Of a stretch of 64,000 bases of DNA, positions 10,480-23,153 are shown piece after piece. This DNA is from Trueperaceae bacterium (GTDB taxonomy: Bacteria; Deinococcota; Deinococci; Deinococcales; Trueperaceae): the NCBI GenBank assembly GCA_034520945.1, contig JAXHNB010000006.1, forward strand, positions 736,001 through 800,000, read 5' to 3'. Numbering within the stretch: position 1 is the first letter of the stretch; every line of letters starts with the position of its first letter. The position numbers and the translations under genes were made by a program. The notes under the pieces were generated by a model. That model had not been told where the DNA came from, made no database searches, and saw only the letters and a program-made list of their open reading frames with translations.

Positions 10480-12681
10480 GTGAAGATCGTTCAGGGCATC
10501 GTCCTCGTGGCCTTCGCCGCCGGCCTGTCGCTGGCCTCCTGGTTCGGCGCGTCGGCGTTGAAGTGGTCGCAGGAGCTGCCGGACCTCGAGCCGGTGCTGG
10601 CGCTCGAGTTCACCGCTACCAGCGAGGTGTTCGCACGAGACGGGACCCGCATCGGGTCGATCGTGCCGGTCACCGGCGAGGACCGCGCCTCGACCAACCG
10701 CATCCCGGTCGGGCTGGACGAGATCAGCCCCGCGGCGCTGCAGGCCATCGTGGCGTACGAGGACGACCGCTACTTCGAGCACTACGGCTTCGACATGTCC
10801 GGCATCGCGCGGGCGTTCTACGAAGAGTTCGTCGGCAGCGGGGGGCGCGGCGGATCCAGCATCACCACGCAGGTCGTCAAGAACACGGTCCTCGCCGATA
10901 TCCGTGACGAGCGCTCGATGGAACGCAAGGCGAAGGAACTGCTGCTGGCCATCGAGCTCGAGCGGCGCCTCACCAAGGCCGAGATCCTGCAACGCTACGT
11001 GAACGTGGTGTTTTGGGGCGGCAACGTGTACGGCATCCGCGCGGCGGCGCAGACGTACTTCGGCAAGGACCCCATCGAGCTGAACCTGGCGGAGGGCCTG
11101 TACCTGGCCCGCCTGATCCCCGCCCCCAACGCCCGGCACGACGACTTCGAGACCACGCGCGCCTCGATGCGGAACGTCCTGGACCGGATGGTGCAACGTG
11201 GCACCATCAGTCGGGAGGCGGCCGAGCGCACCTGGCGTTACCCGTTGGAGCCGCGAGGGTGGGCGGCCGAGTACGAAACGGACGGCTCGCTGATCTCGGC
11301 GGAACAGACCGGCGATCCGGTGGTGGTGCAGCAGTCGATCAGCTCCGAACTGAACTGGCACGTCGTGGTCGCCGTGCGCAACTGGCTTCTCGATCGCTTT
11401 GGCGAGGCGGCGGTGTTCGGGCGGGGCGGGCTGCGCATCACCACCACCATCGACGTGCAGGCGCAGACCGCCGCCAATGCCGCCTCGCTGGACGCCCAGA
11501 TTCCGGACGGGGCGGAGCTCGGCATCGTGGCGCTGGATCCCTACAGTGGCGAGGTGCTGGCCATGGTCGGAGAGAAGTTGGAGCCCGGCGTCCGCGAAGG
11601 GGAGTTCAACCGCGTCACGCAGGCCCAGCGTCAGCCCGGCAGCTCGTTCAAGCCGATCACCTACGCCACGGCGATCGAGGAGGCCGGCTTCACGCAGGCG
11701 ACCATCCTGGTCGACAAGCCGACCGAGTTCCAGCAGCGCGGCGAACCCCCCTACGAGCCCGTCAATCACGACGGCTCCTTCATCGGGCCGGCCACCGTGC
11801 GGCAGCACCTGGACCTGTCCCGCAACATTCCGGCCGTCAAGGCGCTGGAGGCGGCGTCCGCCGAGGCGGTGGCGGAGCGCGCCCGGGAGCTCGGCTACGA
11901 CGTCGAACCGTACTACTCGATGGCGCTGGGCTCGTTCGAAGTGTCGCCCCTGCGCCACGCCAGCGCCTTCACCTCGTTCACGAACGGCGGCGTGCACGTC
12001 GAGCCGCACTTCGTCCGGCGCGTCGAGGACGCCGAGGGCAACGTGCTGTACCAGGCCGACCCGCGCCGGTCGCGGGTATGGACCGAGGAGACCGCCTACG
12101 TGATGTTGGACCTGCTGCACGCCAACGTGGTCGATCGCAACCCCACGGCGTTCAGCTGGCGGGCGCAACTCGAGGGCCGCTGGGTGGGGGGCAAGACCGG
12201 CACCACCAACGACGAGAAGGACATCTGGTTCGTCGGCACCACGCCCGAGATTACGGCCGCGGTCTGGATCGGCAACGACCAGGGCGAGAGCCTGCCCCGC
12301 AGCATGACGCTGCCGGATGGCTCCACCGATCAGGTGAACAGCTCGCGGCAACCGATCTACGTGTGGAAGGACTTCATGGAGGCGGCCCTGCGCGGCCAGC
12401 CGGCCGATCAGGACGGCTTTCCCGTGCCTGAAGGCATTACCTTCCAAACCTTCGATCGCGACACCGGGGCCGCCTCGTCCGCGGGAACGCGGGCCGCGTT
12501 CCCAGCCGGCGAGGAGCTGCCCAGGCGGGCGTTCGCGTCTGCGCTGAGTGTCGAACTTCCCATCGACCAGGCCACCGGCATGCGGGCGACGGCCGACACG
12601 CCGGCGGATCGCATCGAGGTCGTGCGCGTCGCGCCCAGCGAGATCGACCAGTACCTGCCTGCGGGGGACGGCGCGCCCTGA
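10480..12681 (+). CDS. Class A penicillin-binding protein (transglycosylase + transpeptidase)
   Basis: EDDRYFEH, GGSSITTQVVKN, RKAKE (transglycosylase); QPGSSFKP (SxxK), SRN, KTGT (transpeptidase). Confidence 0.93.
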   Translation: MKIVQGIVLVAFAAGLSLASWFGASALKWSQELPDLEPVLALEFTATSEVFARDGTRIGSIVPVTGEDRASTNRIPVGLDEISPAALQAIVAYEDDRYFEHYGFDMSGIARAFYEEFVGSGGRGGSSITTQVVKNTVLADIRDERSMERKAKELLLAIELERRLTKAEILQRYVNVVFWGGNVYGIRAAAQTYFGKDPIELNLAEGLYLARLIPAPNARHDDFETTRASMRNVLDRMVQRGTISREAAERTWRYPLEPRGWAAEYETDGSLISAEQTGDPVVVQQSISSELNWHVVVAVRNWLLDRFGEAAVFGRGGLRITTTIDVQAQTAANAASLDAQIPDGAELGIVALDPYSGEVLAMVGEKLEPGVREGEFNRVTQAQRQPGSSFKPITYATAIEEAGFTQATILVDKPTEFQQRGEPPYEPVNHDGSFIGPATVRQHLDLSRNIPAVKALEAASAEAVAERARELGYDVEPYYSMALGSFEVSPLRHASAFTSFTNGGVHVEPHFVRRVEDAEGNVLYQADPRRSRVWTEETAYVMLDLLHANVVDRNPTAFSWRAQLEGRWVGGKTGTTNDEKDIWFVGTTPEITAAVWIGNDQGESLPRSMTLPDGSTDQVNSSRQPIYVWKDFMEAALRGQPADQDGFPVPEGITFQTFDRDTGAASSAGTRAAFPAGEELPRRAFASALSVELPIDQATGMRATADTPADRIEVVRVAPSEIDQYLPAGDGAP

Positions 12682-13610
12682 TGGACACGTCACGGCCCGG
12701 CGGGTCGCGCGCCGACGGGCTCACGGCGGTGGCGGGCCTGCGCGTCGGACACTGGACCGACGTAGGCGCCCGGACCGGCTGCACGGTGGTGCGGCTCCCG
12801 CCCGCCGGGGCCCCCACCTCGGCCTTGGCGTTCGGGCCGGCGCCGGCCAGCCGGGAGTACGCGCTCCTCGACCCCGACAAGTCGGTGCCGGTCGCGCACG
12901 CGATCGTGCTGAGCGGCGGCAGCGCCTACGGGCTCGACGCCGCGTCGGGGGTGATGCGCGTCCTCGAACGCGAAGGCATCGGGCTCGAGACGCCGTTCGC
13001 GCGGGTCCCGATCGTGCCGGCCGCGGCGCTCTACGATTTGGGGGTCGGCCGTTCCGACGTCCGTCCGGGCGCCGCTGCGGGCGAGGCGGCGGCCAAGGAC
13101 GCCCACGACGGGCCGGTCGCGTCGGGACGCATCGGGGCGGGCAGCGGCGCGAGTGTCGGCAAGATCCGGGGGTTCGACGCGGCGGTGCCCTCGGGGATCG
13201 GCAGCGCCGCCGTGCGGGTCGGGAACGCCACGGTGGCGGCGCTCGCGGTCAGCAACGCGGTCGGCGCGCTGGTCGACCCGAACGACGGCAGGCCCATCGC
13301 CGGGCGCCCCGCCAGCGCCGAAGAGGCCGTGAACCTGTTCCAGACCCCGCCCGGCACCAACACCACGCTGGTGGTGGTCGCGACCGACGCGGCGCTCGAC
13401 AAGACCGGCTGCCGCGCGCTGGCCCCCGCCGGCCACGTCGGCATCGCGCACGTGACGCGCCCGTCGCACACCCCCCACGACGGCGACACCGTCTTCGTCA
13501 CCGCGACCGGTCGGGCCGGCACGGTCGCCCGCAGCCCGTTGTCGGTGGCGGTGCAGCAGGTCGTCGCCGAAGCCATCCTGCGCGGGGCCCGCAAGGCCGT
13601 CGCCTCTTGA
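12681..13610 (+). CDS. P1/S58 (DmpA-like) aminopeptidase family
   Basis: GLRVGHWTD, TGCTVV, LSGGSAYGL, NTTLVVVATDA, HTPHDGDTVF. Confidence 0.88.
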   Translation: MDTSRPGGSRADGLTAVAGLRVGHWTDVGARTGCTVVRLPPAGAPTSALAFGPAPASREYALLDPDKSVPVAHAIVLSGGSAYGLDAASGVMRVLEREGIGLETPFARVPIVPAAALYDLGVGRSDVRPGAAAGEAAAKDAHDGPVASGRIGAGSGASVGKIRGFDAAVPSGIGSAAVRVGNATVAALAVSNAVGALVDPNDGRPIAGRPASAEEAVNLFQTPPGTNTTLVVVATDAALDKTGCRALAPAGHVGIAHVTRPSHTPHDGDTVFVTATGRAGTVARSPLSVAVQQVVAEAILRGARKAVAS

Positions 13611-13683
13611 ACCGGCCCGCACGGCGCGGCCGCGCCCCATGTCCCCCCTTGGCGAAGGGTGCCGGCAGCGCCGGCGTAACGCC

Positions 13684-14286
13684 ATGGACACCGTGAACGT
13701 CGGCATCCTGGCCCTGCAAGGAGCGTTCCGTGAGCACCGCCGCGCGTTCGGGCGCCTCGGCGTCGACGCGTCCGAGGTGCGCCTGCCACGCGACCTGAGC
13801 GGGCTGCACGCCCTGGTGATCCCCGGCGGGGAATCGACCACCATGGCCAAACTGATGCGCGCCTACGAGCTGGACGAGGCCATCACGGTCTTCGCGCGCG
13901 AGGGCGGCACCATCTGGGGCACCTGCGCCGGCGCGATCGCCGTCGCCACCGAGATCGAGGACCGCCCCGAGCAGCCCCGGCTGGGGCTGCTGGACATGCG
14001 GGTGGCCCGCAACGCCTACGGGCGGCAGGTCGCCTCCTTCGAAGCGGACCTCGACGTGTCCGGCCTGGGCGACCCCTTCCGCGCCGTGTTCATCCGCGCG
14101 CCCCGCATCCTGCAGGTCGGGGCGGACGTCGAGGTGTTGGCCGCCTACCGGGAGGACCCCGTCATGGTCGCCTCCGGTCGGCTCATGGCGACCGTGTTCC
14201 ACCCGGAACTGTCCAATGACGACCGCATTCACGCCCTGTTCCTGGAACGGGCCGCCGCCGCCCGGCCGTGGACGGCGCCACGCTGA
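13684..14286 (+). CDS. pdxT: Pyridoxal 5'-phosphate synthase, glutaminase subunit
   Basis: GILALQGAFREH, PGGESTT, GTCAG, RNAYGRQ, FIRAP, FHPEL. Confidence 0.95.
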   Translation: MDTVNVGILALQGAFREHRRAFGRLGVDASEVRLPRDLSGLHALVIPGGESTTMAKLMRAYELDEAITVFAREGGTIWGTCAGAIAVATEIEDRPEQPRLGLLDMRVARNAYGRQVASFEADLDVSGLGDPFRAVFIRAPRILQVGADVEVLAAYREDPVMVASGRLMATVFHPELSNDDRIHALFLERAAAARPWTAPR

Positions 14287-14312
14287 CGCTCACCTGACGA
14301 CGTCGAACGTCC

Positions 14313-17147
<2,835 letters not shown>

Positions 17148-17220
17148 GTTCGGATTGTGACCCACGTGGCAGGGGCGGCACGTCGTACGCTCCGCAAGCC
17201 GCCGCGGGGCGGAGGGGCGG

Positions 17221-17877
17221 CTAGGCGTCGGCGACGGGCACGCCCTCGGGGTCCAGCCACGGGTACGCCTCGTTTTGCGCATCCAGGCGGTCGGCGACGC
17301 GCGGGTACAACCACCGGAACGCGAGGTCGTTGCGGGTGCGTGCGCTCAGGGCGGGGCGGTCGTACATACCGGCTTCGCGCCGCTGGCGTTGCGCTTCGAA
17401 CAGGATCACCGCCGTCGCGACGGAGACGTTCAGCGACCGAACCATGCCCAGCATGGGGATGGTGACGTGCAGGTCGGCGCGCGCCGCGCCGCGCGGGCTG
17501 ACGCCGGCCCGCTCGTTGCCGAACAGGATGGCGGTGGGGCGGGTGTAGTCGGCGTCGCGGTAGTCGATCGCGCCTTCGGAGAAGTGCGCGGCCAACACCT
17601 GCATCGACTGCGCCTGCACCTCGTCGAGGGCCAGGTCTAGGCGGTCGTGCACCACCAGATCCACCCACTTTTCGGCCGACGCGCTGGTGGCGCTGTAGGT
17701 CGGGACCCCGCCGGTCGGCGCGGTGGCGTGCACCGTGCCGATGCCCACGGCGTCGCAGGAGCGGAGCATCGCGGAGAGGTTGTGTGGCTTGTGCACGTCC
17801 TCGGCCACGATCGTCAGGTCCGATTGGCGCCGCGCGAGCACGCCGAACACGCGCGCGGCGCGGTGGGGGGTCGCCAT
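17221..17877 (-). CDS. trmH: tRNA (guanosine-2'-O)-methyltransferase, SpoU family
   Basis: VHKPHNLSAMLRSCDAVG, FGNERAGV, IPMLGMVRSLNVSVA. Confidence 0.93.
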   Translation of the reverse strand: MATPHRAARVFGVLARRQSDLTIVAEDVHKPHNLSAMLRSCDAVGIGTVHATAPTGGVPTYSATSASAEKWVDLVVHDRLDLALDEVQAQSMQVLAAHFSEGAIDYRDADYTRPTAILFGNERAGVSPRGAARADLHVTIPMLGMVRSLNVSVATAVILFEAQRQRREAGMYDRPALSARTRNDLAFRWLYPRVADRLDAQNEAYPWLDPEGVPVADA

Positions 17878-17934
17878 GGACGCAGGGTACCCTGGGAATG
17901 GGCACCATACCGGCTGTGACGCGGCAAAATGCGC

Positions 17935-17963
17935 TTGACACCCCACGAAGCCGGGGGTAGCAT
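17935..17963 (+). promoter_or_regulatory. Sigma70-type promoter of tRNA-Leu
   Basis: TTGACA (17935-40), 17-nt spacer, TAGCAT (17958-63). Confidence 0.85.
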
Positions 17964-17987
17964 TTCGCCTACGCCTGCGCGCCGCAC

Positions 17988-18075
17988 GCCGAGGTGGCGG
18001 AATTGGTAGACGCGCTAGCTTGAGGGGCTAGTGACCGTTCAGGTCGTGTGGGTTCGAGTCCCATCCTCGGCACCA
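17988..18075 (+). tRNA. tRNA-Leu (anticodon GAG)
   Basis: Acceptor stem GCCGAGG/CCTCGGC + ACCA; D-loop AATTGGTAGA; anticodon arm CTAGC-TTGAGGG-GCTAG; long variable arm; GGTTCGAGTCC T-loop. Confidence 0.97.
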
Positions 18076-18164
18076 TGTACGCAGCCAGAACGCAGGACGG
18101 ACGGCGCGCGGACCGAGGCGGCCCGCGCGCCGAATCGTAGGGGGACGCCGTGATAGCGTGCCCC

Positions 18165-19706
18165 GTGACGGCGTTCCCGTTCGCGACCTTTCGCAGCGGC
18201 CAGCGCGAGTCCCTGGACGCCATCCGCAGCGCCTTCGACGGCGGACACCGGTTCGTCGTCCTGGACGCGCCGACCGGCGCCGGCAAGTCCGCCGTCGCGG
18301 TCGCGCTGGCGCGTGAGGCGTCCAGCGCGTACGTGCTGACCGGCCAGAAGCTCCTGCAGGACCAGTATCTTCGCGACTTTCCCGACCTGTCGCTAATGAA
18401 GGGACGCGCCAACTACGACTGCCTGGTGATCCCGACGCACGCCGCGGCGGCGCCCTGTCTGGTGGGCCGTCGCTACGAGGCGTGCGACGCGTGCCCCTAC
18501 TTCCGCGCCAAGGACGTGGCCATGGCGGCCGACGGCACGGTGATGAACTACGCGTACTTCTTGCACGAGGTCAACTTCGGCGGCGGTTTCGGCGAACGCG
18601 ACCTGCTGGTGCTGGACGAAGCGCACGGGATCGAAGGGGCCCTGATGCAGTTCGCGGAGGTGCGCCTCACCGACGCCGACCTGGCGCGCACCGGCGTGCA
18701 GGCGCAGCTGCCCCAAGGGCCCGACGTGGAGGTCCACCTGGACGCCGCCATCGAGTTGATCCCGCGCCTCCGGGAGCGATCCTCGCAGTTGGCGGTGCGA
18801 CAGCAGGGACTCCCGACCGGCAGCGGCGAGCTGGCGGCGCTGCTCCGTGCCCGGCGTTGGCTGGACGGCACGGTGCACCGCCTGAGCCTGCTGCAGGACG
18901 ACGTCGAGGAGGGGGGACGCTGGGTGGTGGACCGGGACCGCGACGCGGACGGCGTCGCCGTCGCCTTCAGGCCCGTCGACGTCGCCGCACTGGCCGAACC
19001 GCTGTTGTTCCGCTACGGCGCGCGGGTGCTGATGATGTCCGCCACGGTGCTCGACGCCGAGACCTACCTCCGGGCGTTGGGGATCGACCCGGCCGCGGCG
19101 GCGGTCGTCCAGGCCGACGCCACCTTCCCGCCGCAGAACCGGCCGATCCGGCTGCGGCCCGCCGCGCGCCTCACCCGGCACTACCTGTCGCGCGACCTCC
19201 CGCGGCTGGTCGACGCCGTGGCCGAACTGATGCGCATGCACCCGGACGAGAAGGGCGTAGTGCACGCGCACTCGTACAAGATCGCCCGGGCGATCACGGA
19301 GGGGCTGCCGCCCGAACTGGCCACGCGCGTGCGCAGCCACGCCAGCGCGGCCGACCGGGACGCGGCCCTCACCGCGCACCTGGACGCGCGCGAACCGACG
19401 GTGCTGGTGACGCCCAGCATGACGGAAGGCATCGACCTGGCCGACGATCGCGCCCGCTGGCAGGCGATCTGCAAGATCCCCTACCCCTACCTCGGCGACC
19501 CCCAGGTGGCCGCGCGGCGCGAGATCGACCCCTCCTGGTACGCCTGGCGGACGTGCCTACGCGTGGTACAGGCGTACGGCCGCTCGGTGCGCAGCCGAGA
19601 CGACCACGCCGTGACCTACCTGTTGGACGCCGACTTCCCGGCCTTTCTGAAGCGCGAACGCGGGCGCCTGCCGGGATGGTTCCTGGAGGCGATCGAAGAG
19701 GCCTGA
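18165..19706 (+). CDS. DinG/XPD (Rad3)-family ATP-dependent helicase
   Basis: APTGAGKS Walker A, KGRANYDC plus further Cys (Fe-S region), LDEAH, SAT, EGID, QAYGRSVRS. Start 18165 chosen from the upstream TAGCGT; 18150 is an alternative. Confidence 0.88.
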   Translation: MTAFPFATFRSGQRESLDAIRSAFDGGHRFVVLDAPTGAGKSAVAVALAREASSAYVLTGQKLLQDQYLRDFPDLSLMKGRANYDCLVIPTHAAAAPCLVGRRYEACDACPYFRAKDVAMAADGTVMNYAYFLHEVNFGGGFGERDLLVLDEAHGIEGALMQFAEVRLTDADLARTGVQAQLPQGPDVEVHLDAAIELIPRLRERSSQLAVRQQGLPTGSGELAALLRARRWLDGTVHRLSLLQDDVEEGGRWVVDRDRDADGVAVAFRPVDVAALAEPLLFRYGARVLMMSATVLDAETYLRALGIDPAAAAVVQADATFPPQNRPIRLRPAARLTRHYLSRDLPRLVDAVAELMRMHPDEKGVVHAHSYKIARAITEGLPPELATRVRSHASAADRDAALTAHLDAREPTVLVTPSMTEGIDLADDRARWQAICKIPYPYLGDPQVAARREIDPSWYAWRTCLRVVQAYGRSVRSRDDHAVTYLLDADFPAFLKRERGRLPGWFLEAIEEA

Positions 19707-19820
19707 CGTGCACCGAGCCGGCACGGTGCCGCGTTCCAGCAGCGAGCTACGCCAGGCTCCTCATCGCATGGAGCTTCAGCCTTGCGACAACGTTCATCGC
19801 ACGAGCCCCCATACTGGGGC

Positions 19821-22800
19821 ATGAAGGACGAGGACCCATTGCGGGTCACGCTGCTGGGGGGCTTCGGCCTGGCCGTGGGAGCGCGGCCGGTGCCTCGCGA
19901 TGCGTGGCGGCTGACCAAGGGCAAGGACCTCGTCAAGATGCTTGCACTGGCCCCGGGTCGTCGCCTCCACCGCGAACAGGTACTCGAGTCCTTGTGGCCA
20001 GAACGGGAGCGCGAAGCGCAGCTCAACAACCTGCACCAGGTGGTCAGTGCCGCCCGCAACGCGATTGCCGCCGCGGGTGGCGACGGTCATGCGTGCGTTG
20101 CCTTTCGCGCCGAGACACTGCTCTTGTGCCCGCACGGCGAGCCGTGGATCGACGCCGATGCGTTCGAGCGCAGCGCGCGCGCGGCGATCGGCGGCGACGA
20201 TCGGGCGCTGTGCCGCGCGGCGCTCGACCTGTACGCCGGCGAGCTTCTGCCCGAGGATCGCTATGCGTCATGGACATCCGGGCCGCGCGAGATCCTACGA
20301 GGCCTGGCACAGGAGGTGAGGGTCGCCCTCGCCCTGTGCCTCGAGGCCGACGGCGAACTGGCGCTCGCGGCGGACCTGCTGCGAGGTAGCGTTGCCGAGG
20401 ACCCTGCACACGAGGCCGCGCATCGCCACCTCATGCGCGTCTATGCGCGCGCCGGAGATCGCGGCGCCGCGGCACGCCAGTTCCAAACGCTGACGCAGGC
20501 GCTGCACGACGAGCTCGCCGTGGCGCCGGACGAGCACAGCGTCGCCTTGCACCGGGACATCGCCTCGGGCCGCGTGGGTTCCGTGGCTGGCGATTCGCTG
20601 GTGTCGCCGCGCCGGAGCAACCTTCCCGCACCATTGAGCAGCTTCGTGGGCCGCGCCAGTGAACTCGAGCGAATCCCATCCCTGGTCCGCCAAAAACGCC
20701 TGGTGACGCTCGTCGGACCGGGTGGCTGCGGCAAGACCCGCTTGGCCCTGGAGATCGGAACCCACCTGATGGATGCCTTCGAGCACGGCGTGTTCCTCGT
20801 CGAGCTCGCGGCGACCGCGGGCGCCGAAGACGTCATGTTCGAAACGGCCCGCGCGCTCGGCGTGCGGAGCGGCGCCGACGAGGCGTCCGCGGTCGCGTCG
20901 GTCGTGCGGCGTATTGGTCACGGCGCCACGCTGCTGATCCTCGACAACTGCGAGCATGTCGTGGCCGCGGTCGCGGGCATGGCGGCCGCTTTGCTCGGGC
21001 AGTGCCCGCACCTGCACGTGCTCGCGACCAGTCGAGAAGCCTTGCGCCTGCCCGGGGAAACCGTGCGGCGTGTGGCGCCCCTGAGCGCACCGGATCCGGC
21101 GCAGCGGCCGAGCCTCGAGGCGATCGCTGAACACGACGCCGTGCGGCTGTTCGTCGAGCGCGCCGCGGATGCGCACGAGGGATTTGCGCTCGACACGTCG
21201 AATGCACCCCTGGTGGCGGCGATCTGCTACAGGCTGGACGGCATCCCGCTCGCGCTCGAGCTCGCGGCGGCGCGCGTAGCGGCGCTGCCGCTGTCGGCGA
21301 TCGCCGGGCACCTGGATGACCGCTTCCGGTTCCTCACCGGCGGCCTGCCGCATGGGCTCACACGGCAGCAGACGCTGGAGGCCACGGTGGCCTGGAGCTA
21401 CGCGCTCCTCGCGCCGCAGGAGCAGACGATGTTCCGCCGGCTCGCCGTGTTCTACGGCCCCTTCGACCTCGAAGCCGCCGCGGCCGTGGCCGACCCGGCG
21501 CTGCAGGGCAGCCACGCGACCGCGCTTCTCGCGCGCCTCGTGGAGCGCTCGATGGTCGTGTCCGGTGTCGGCGGCTCCGCCGCGCAGTTCCGACTGCTGG
21601 ACACGATGCGCGCCTACGGCAGGGAACGGCTGGCGGAGCAGGGCGAGCTCGCTGAGGCACGTTCCGCACACGCACGGTGGCTGTTCGAGCTCGCCCAGAG
21701 GACTGCGCCCCTGCGGGCCGGCGCCGTCGGTGGCGAGCGTTTTGCGGAGCTCGACCGTGCCCACGACGAACTCCTGCCGGCGCTCGAGCACCTGATCCAC
21801 CACGATGGCGCCGACGCGTTGCGCCTCGTCGTGCGGCTGTGCCCATACTGCCTATGGAACGACCAGGTGGCGGAAGGCCTCATGTTCTCGCGTCTCGTGC
21901 TCGAGCACGTGCTGGAGCCGTCTACGCTGCGGGTGGAGGCGGCGATCGGCGCGTCGGTCCTCGCGCTCCGCGGCGTCGGCTTCGACCTGGCTGCGCGTTA
22001 CGCCGTGGGCGCCGCTGCTGACGCACGAACGCTGGACGACCGCGCCTCGATTTGCCGCGCACTCCTCTGCCTGGGAATCATGCGCTGGTGCGCCGAAGAT
22101 CTTGTCGGCGCCGAGCGCCTGTTCGGTGAGGCGCGAGCCGTCGCCGTGCAGGACGGTCTCGTGCCCGAGGCGATCGTGGCCCTGCAGACCTCGGCGGCGT
22201 TGTGCGCCGACTGGCGCAACTTCGATGCCGCCGAGCGCCACCTGGAGGAGGCGGAGGGCTGGTGCCGACGACTTCGGGAGGGCGAGATCCTTCCGCTCAT
22301 GGTGACGCTCGGGCACTGGCTGCCCATGCGGCGTGGCGGCGCAAGCCGGCTGATGTGGGCCGAGCCCTTCGTGGTGTTCAGGGGGGTCCCGAAGGGCGCC
22401 GTGCGGCCGACGCTCCTGTCGGAGCGCGCCAACCTGGCCCGCCTGGTGGGCGACCGGGATCGCGCCCGCGCCGGGCTCCGCGAGGCGCTTGCGCTGTTCC
22501 GCGAGGAAGGCGACGCGGCCGGGGTTTCGCGAATGCAGTGCAGGCTCGGTCAAGTGGCCTTCAGCGAGGGCGATTTCGATGACGCGTACGAACAGTTGGA
22601 GGAGAGCCGTCGACTCCGCCTGCGCATCGGGGAGGTGCGGAGCATCCAGGTCAACCTGGTGAGCCTGGCCCGCCTCGCGGCCGAGCGGCAGCGCCTGGAC
22701 CTCGCCCATCGGTACCTGCGCGATGCCGAGGAGATGAGCAGGGACCGTCTCGATCGCCCTGGCCTGTCGATGATCCTCATCGAACGAGGGGTGGTGGCCC

Positions 22801-23048
22801 TGGCTGCGGGCGAAGCGGACGACGCGGTGGCCCTCCTGACGGAGGCGCTCACGATCGCCCGCGCGCACGGCACGGCGTTGCACGTGGGGTGCGTTCTGCG
22901 AGATCTTGGTGCGGCCCAGGCCGCGGCCGGACGGGGCGCGGATGCCGCGGGGTCGCTCGCGGAGGCGGTAGCCACGTTCGCCCGCGTGGGCCACGACGAG
23001 GAGGCGGGCTTCTGTCGTGCGCTGCGGGTGAGCGCAGGGGGTCGCTAA
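19821..23048 (+). CDS. AfsR/SARP-type regulator: wHTH-BTAD + STAND-type ATPase + TPR
   Basis: LLGGF...LYAGELLPED BTAD, NLPAPLSSFVGR, GPGGCGKTRLA, LLILDNCEH, LDGIPLALELAAA; helical repeats at the C-terminus. Confidence 0.88.
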   Translation: MKDEDPLRVTLLGGFGLAVGARPVPRDAWRLTKGKDLVKMLALAPGRRLHREQVLESLWPEREREAQLNNLHQVVSAARNAIAAAGGDGHACVAFRAETLLLCPHGEPWIDADAFERSARAAIGGDDRALCRAALDLYAGELLPEDRYASWTSGPREILRGLAQEVRVALALCLEADGELALAADLLRGSVAEDPAHEAAHRHLMRVYARAGDRGAAARQFQTLTQALHDELAVAPDEHSVALHRDIASGRVGSVAGDSLVSPRRSNLPAPLSSFVGRASELERIPSLVRQKRLVTLVGPGGCGKTRLALEIGTHLMDAFEHGVFLVELAATAGAEDVMFETARALGVRSGADEASAVASVVRRIGHGATLLILDNCEHVVAAVAGMAAALLGQCPHLHVLATSREALRLPGETVRRVAPLSAPDPAQRPSLEAIAEHDAVRLFVERAADAHEGFALDTSNAPLVAAICYRLDGIPLALELAAARVAALPLSAIAGHLDDRFRFLTGGLPHGLTRQQTLEATVAWSYALLAPQEQTMFRRLAVFYGPFDLEAAAAVADPALQGSHATALLARLVERSMVVSGVGGSAAQFRLLDTMRAYGRERLAEQGELAEARSAHARWLFELAQRTAPLRAGAVGGERFAELDRAHDELLPALEHLIHHDGADALRLVVRLCPYCLWNDQVAEGLMFSRLVLEHVLEPSTLRVEAAIGASVLALRGVGFDLAARYAVGAAADARTLDDRASICRALLCLGIMRWCAEDLVGAERLFGEARAVAVQDGLVPEAIVALQTSAALCADWRNFDAAERHLEEAEGWCRRLREGEILPLMVTLGHWLPMRRGGASRLMWAEPFVVFRGVPKGAVRPTLLSERANLARLVGDRDRARAGLREALALFREEGDAAGVSRMQCRLGQVAFSEGDFDDAYEQLEESRRLRLRIGEVRSIQVNLVSLARLAAERQRLDLAHRYLRDAEEMSRDRLDRPGLSMILIERGVVALAAGEADDAVALLTEALTIARAHGTALHVGCVLRDLGAAQAAAGRGADAAGSLAEAVATFARVGHDEEAGFCRALRVSAGGR

Positions 23049-23153
23049 GTGCCGGCAAAGAGCGGCGGCACATGATTGGCGTGTCCTCGCCGTCGGAACG
23101 GCGGGGCGGGGGGCCGTTGCGGCCCCGACGTTCTCGCAACGGGAGGTTTCATC

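Noticed and set aside
17221..18075. Functional coupling of divergent trmH and tRNA-Leu
   Set aside because: TrmH acts on many tRNAs; adjacency alone is not evidence of a dedicated system.
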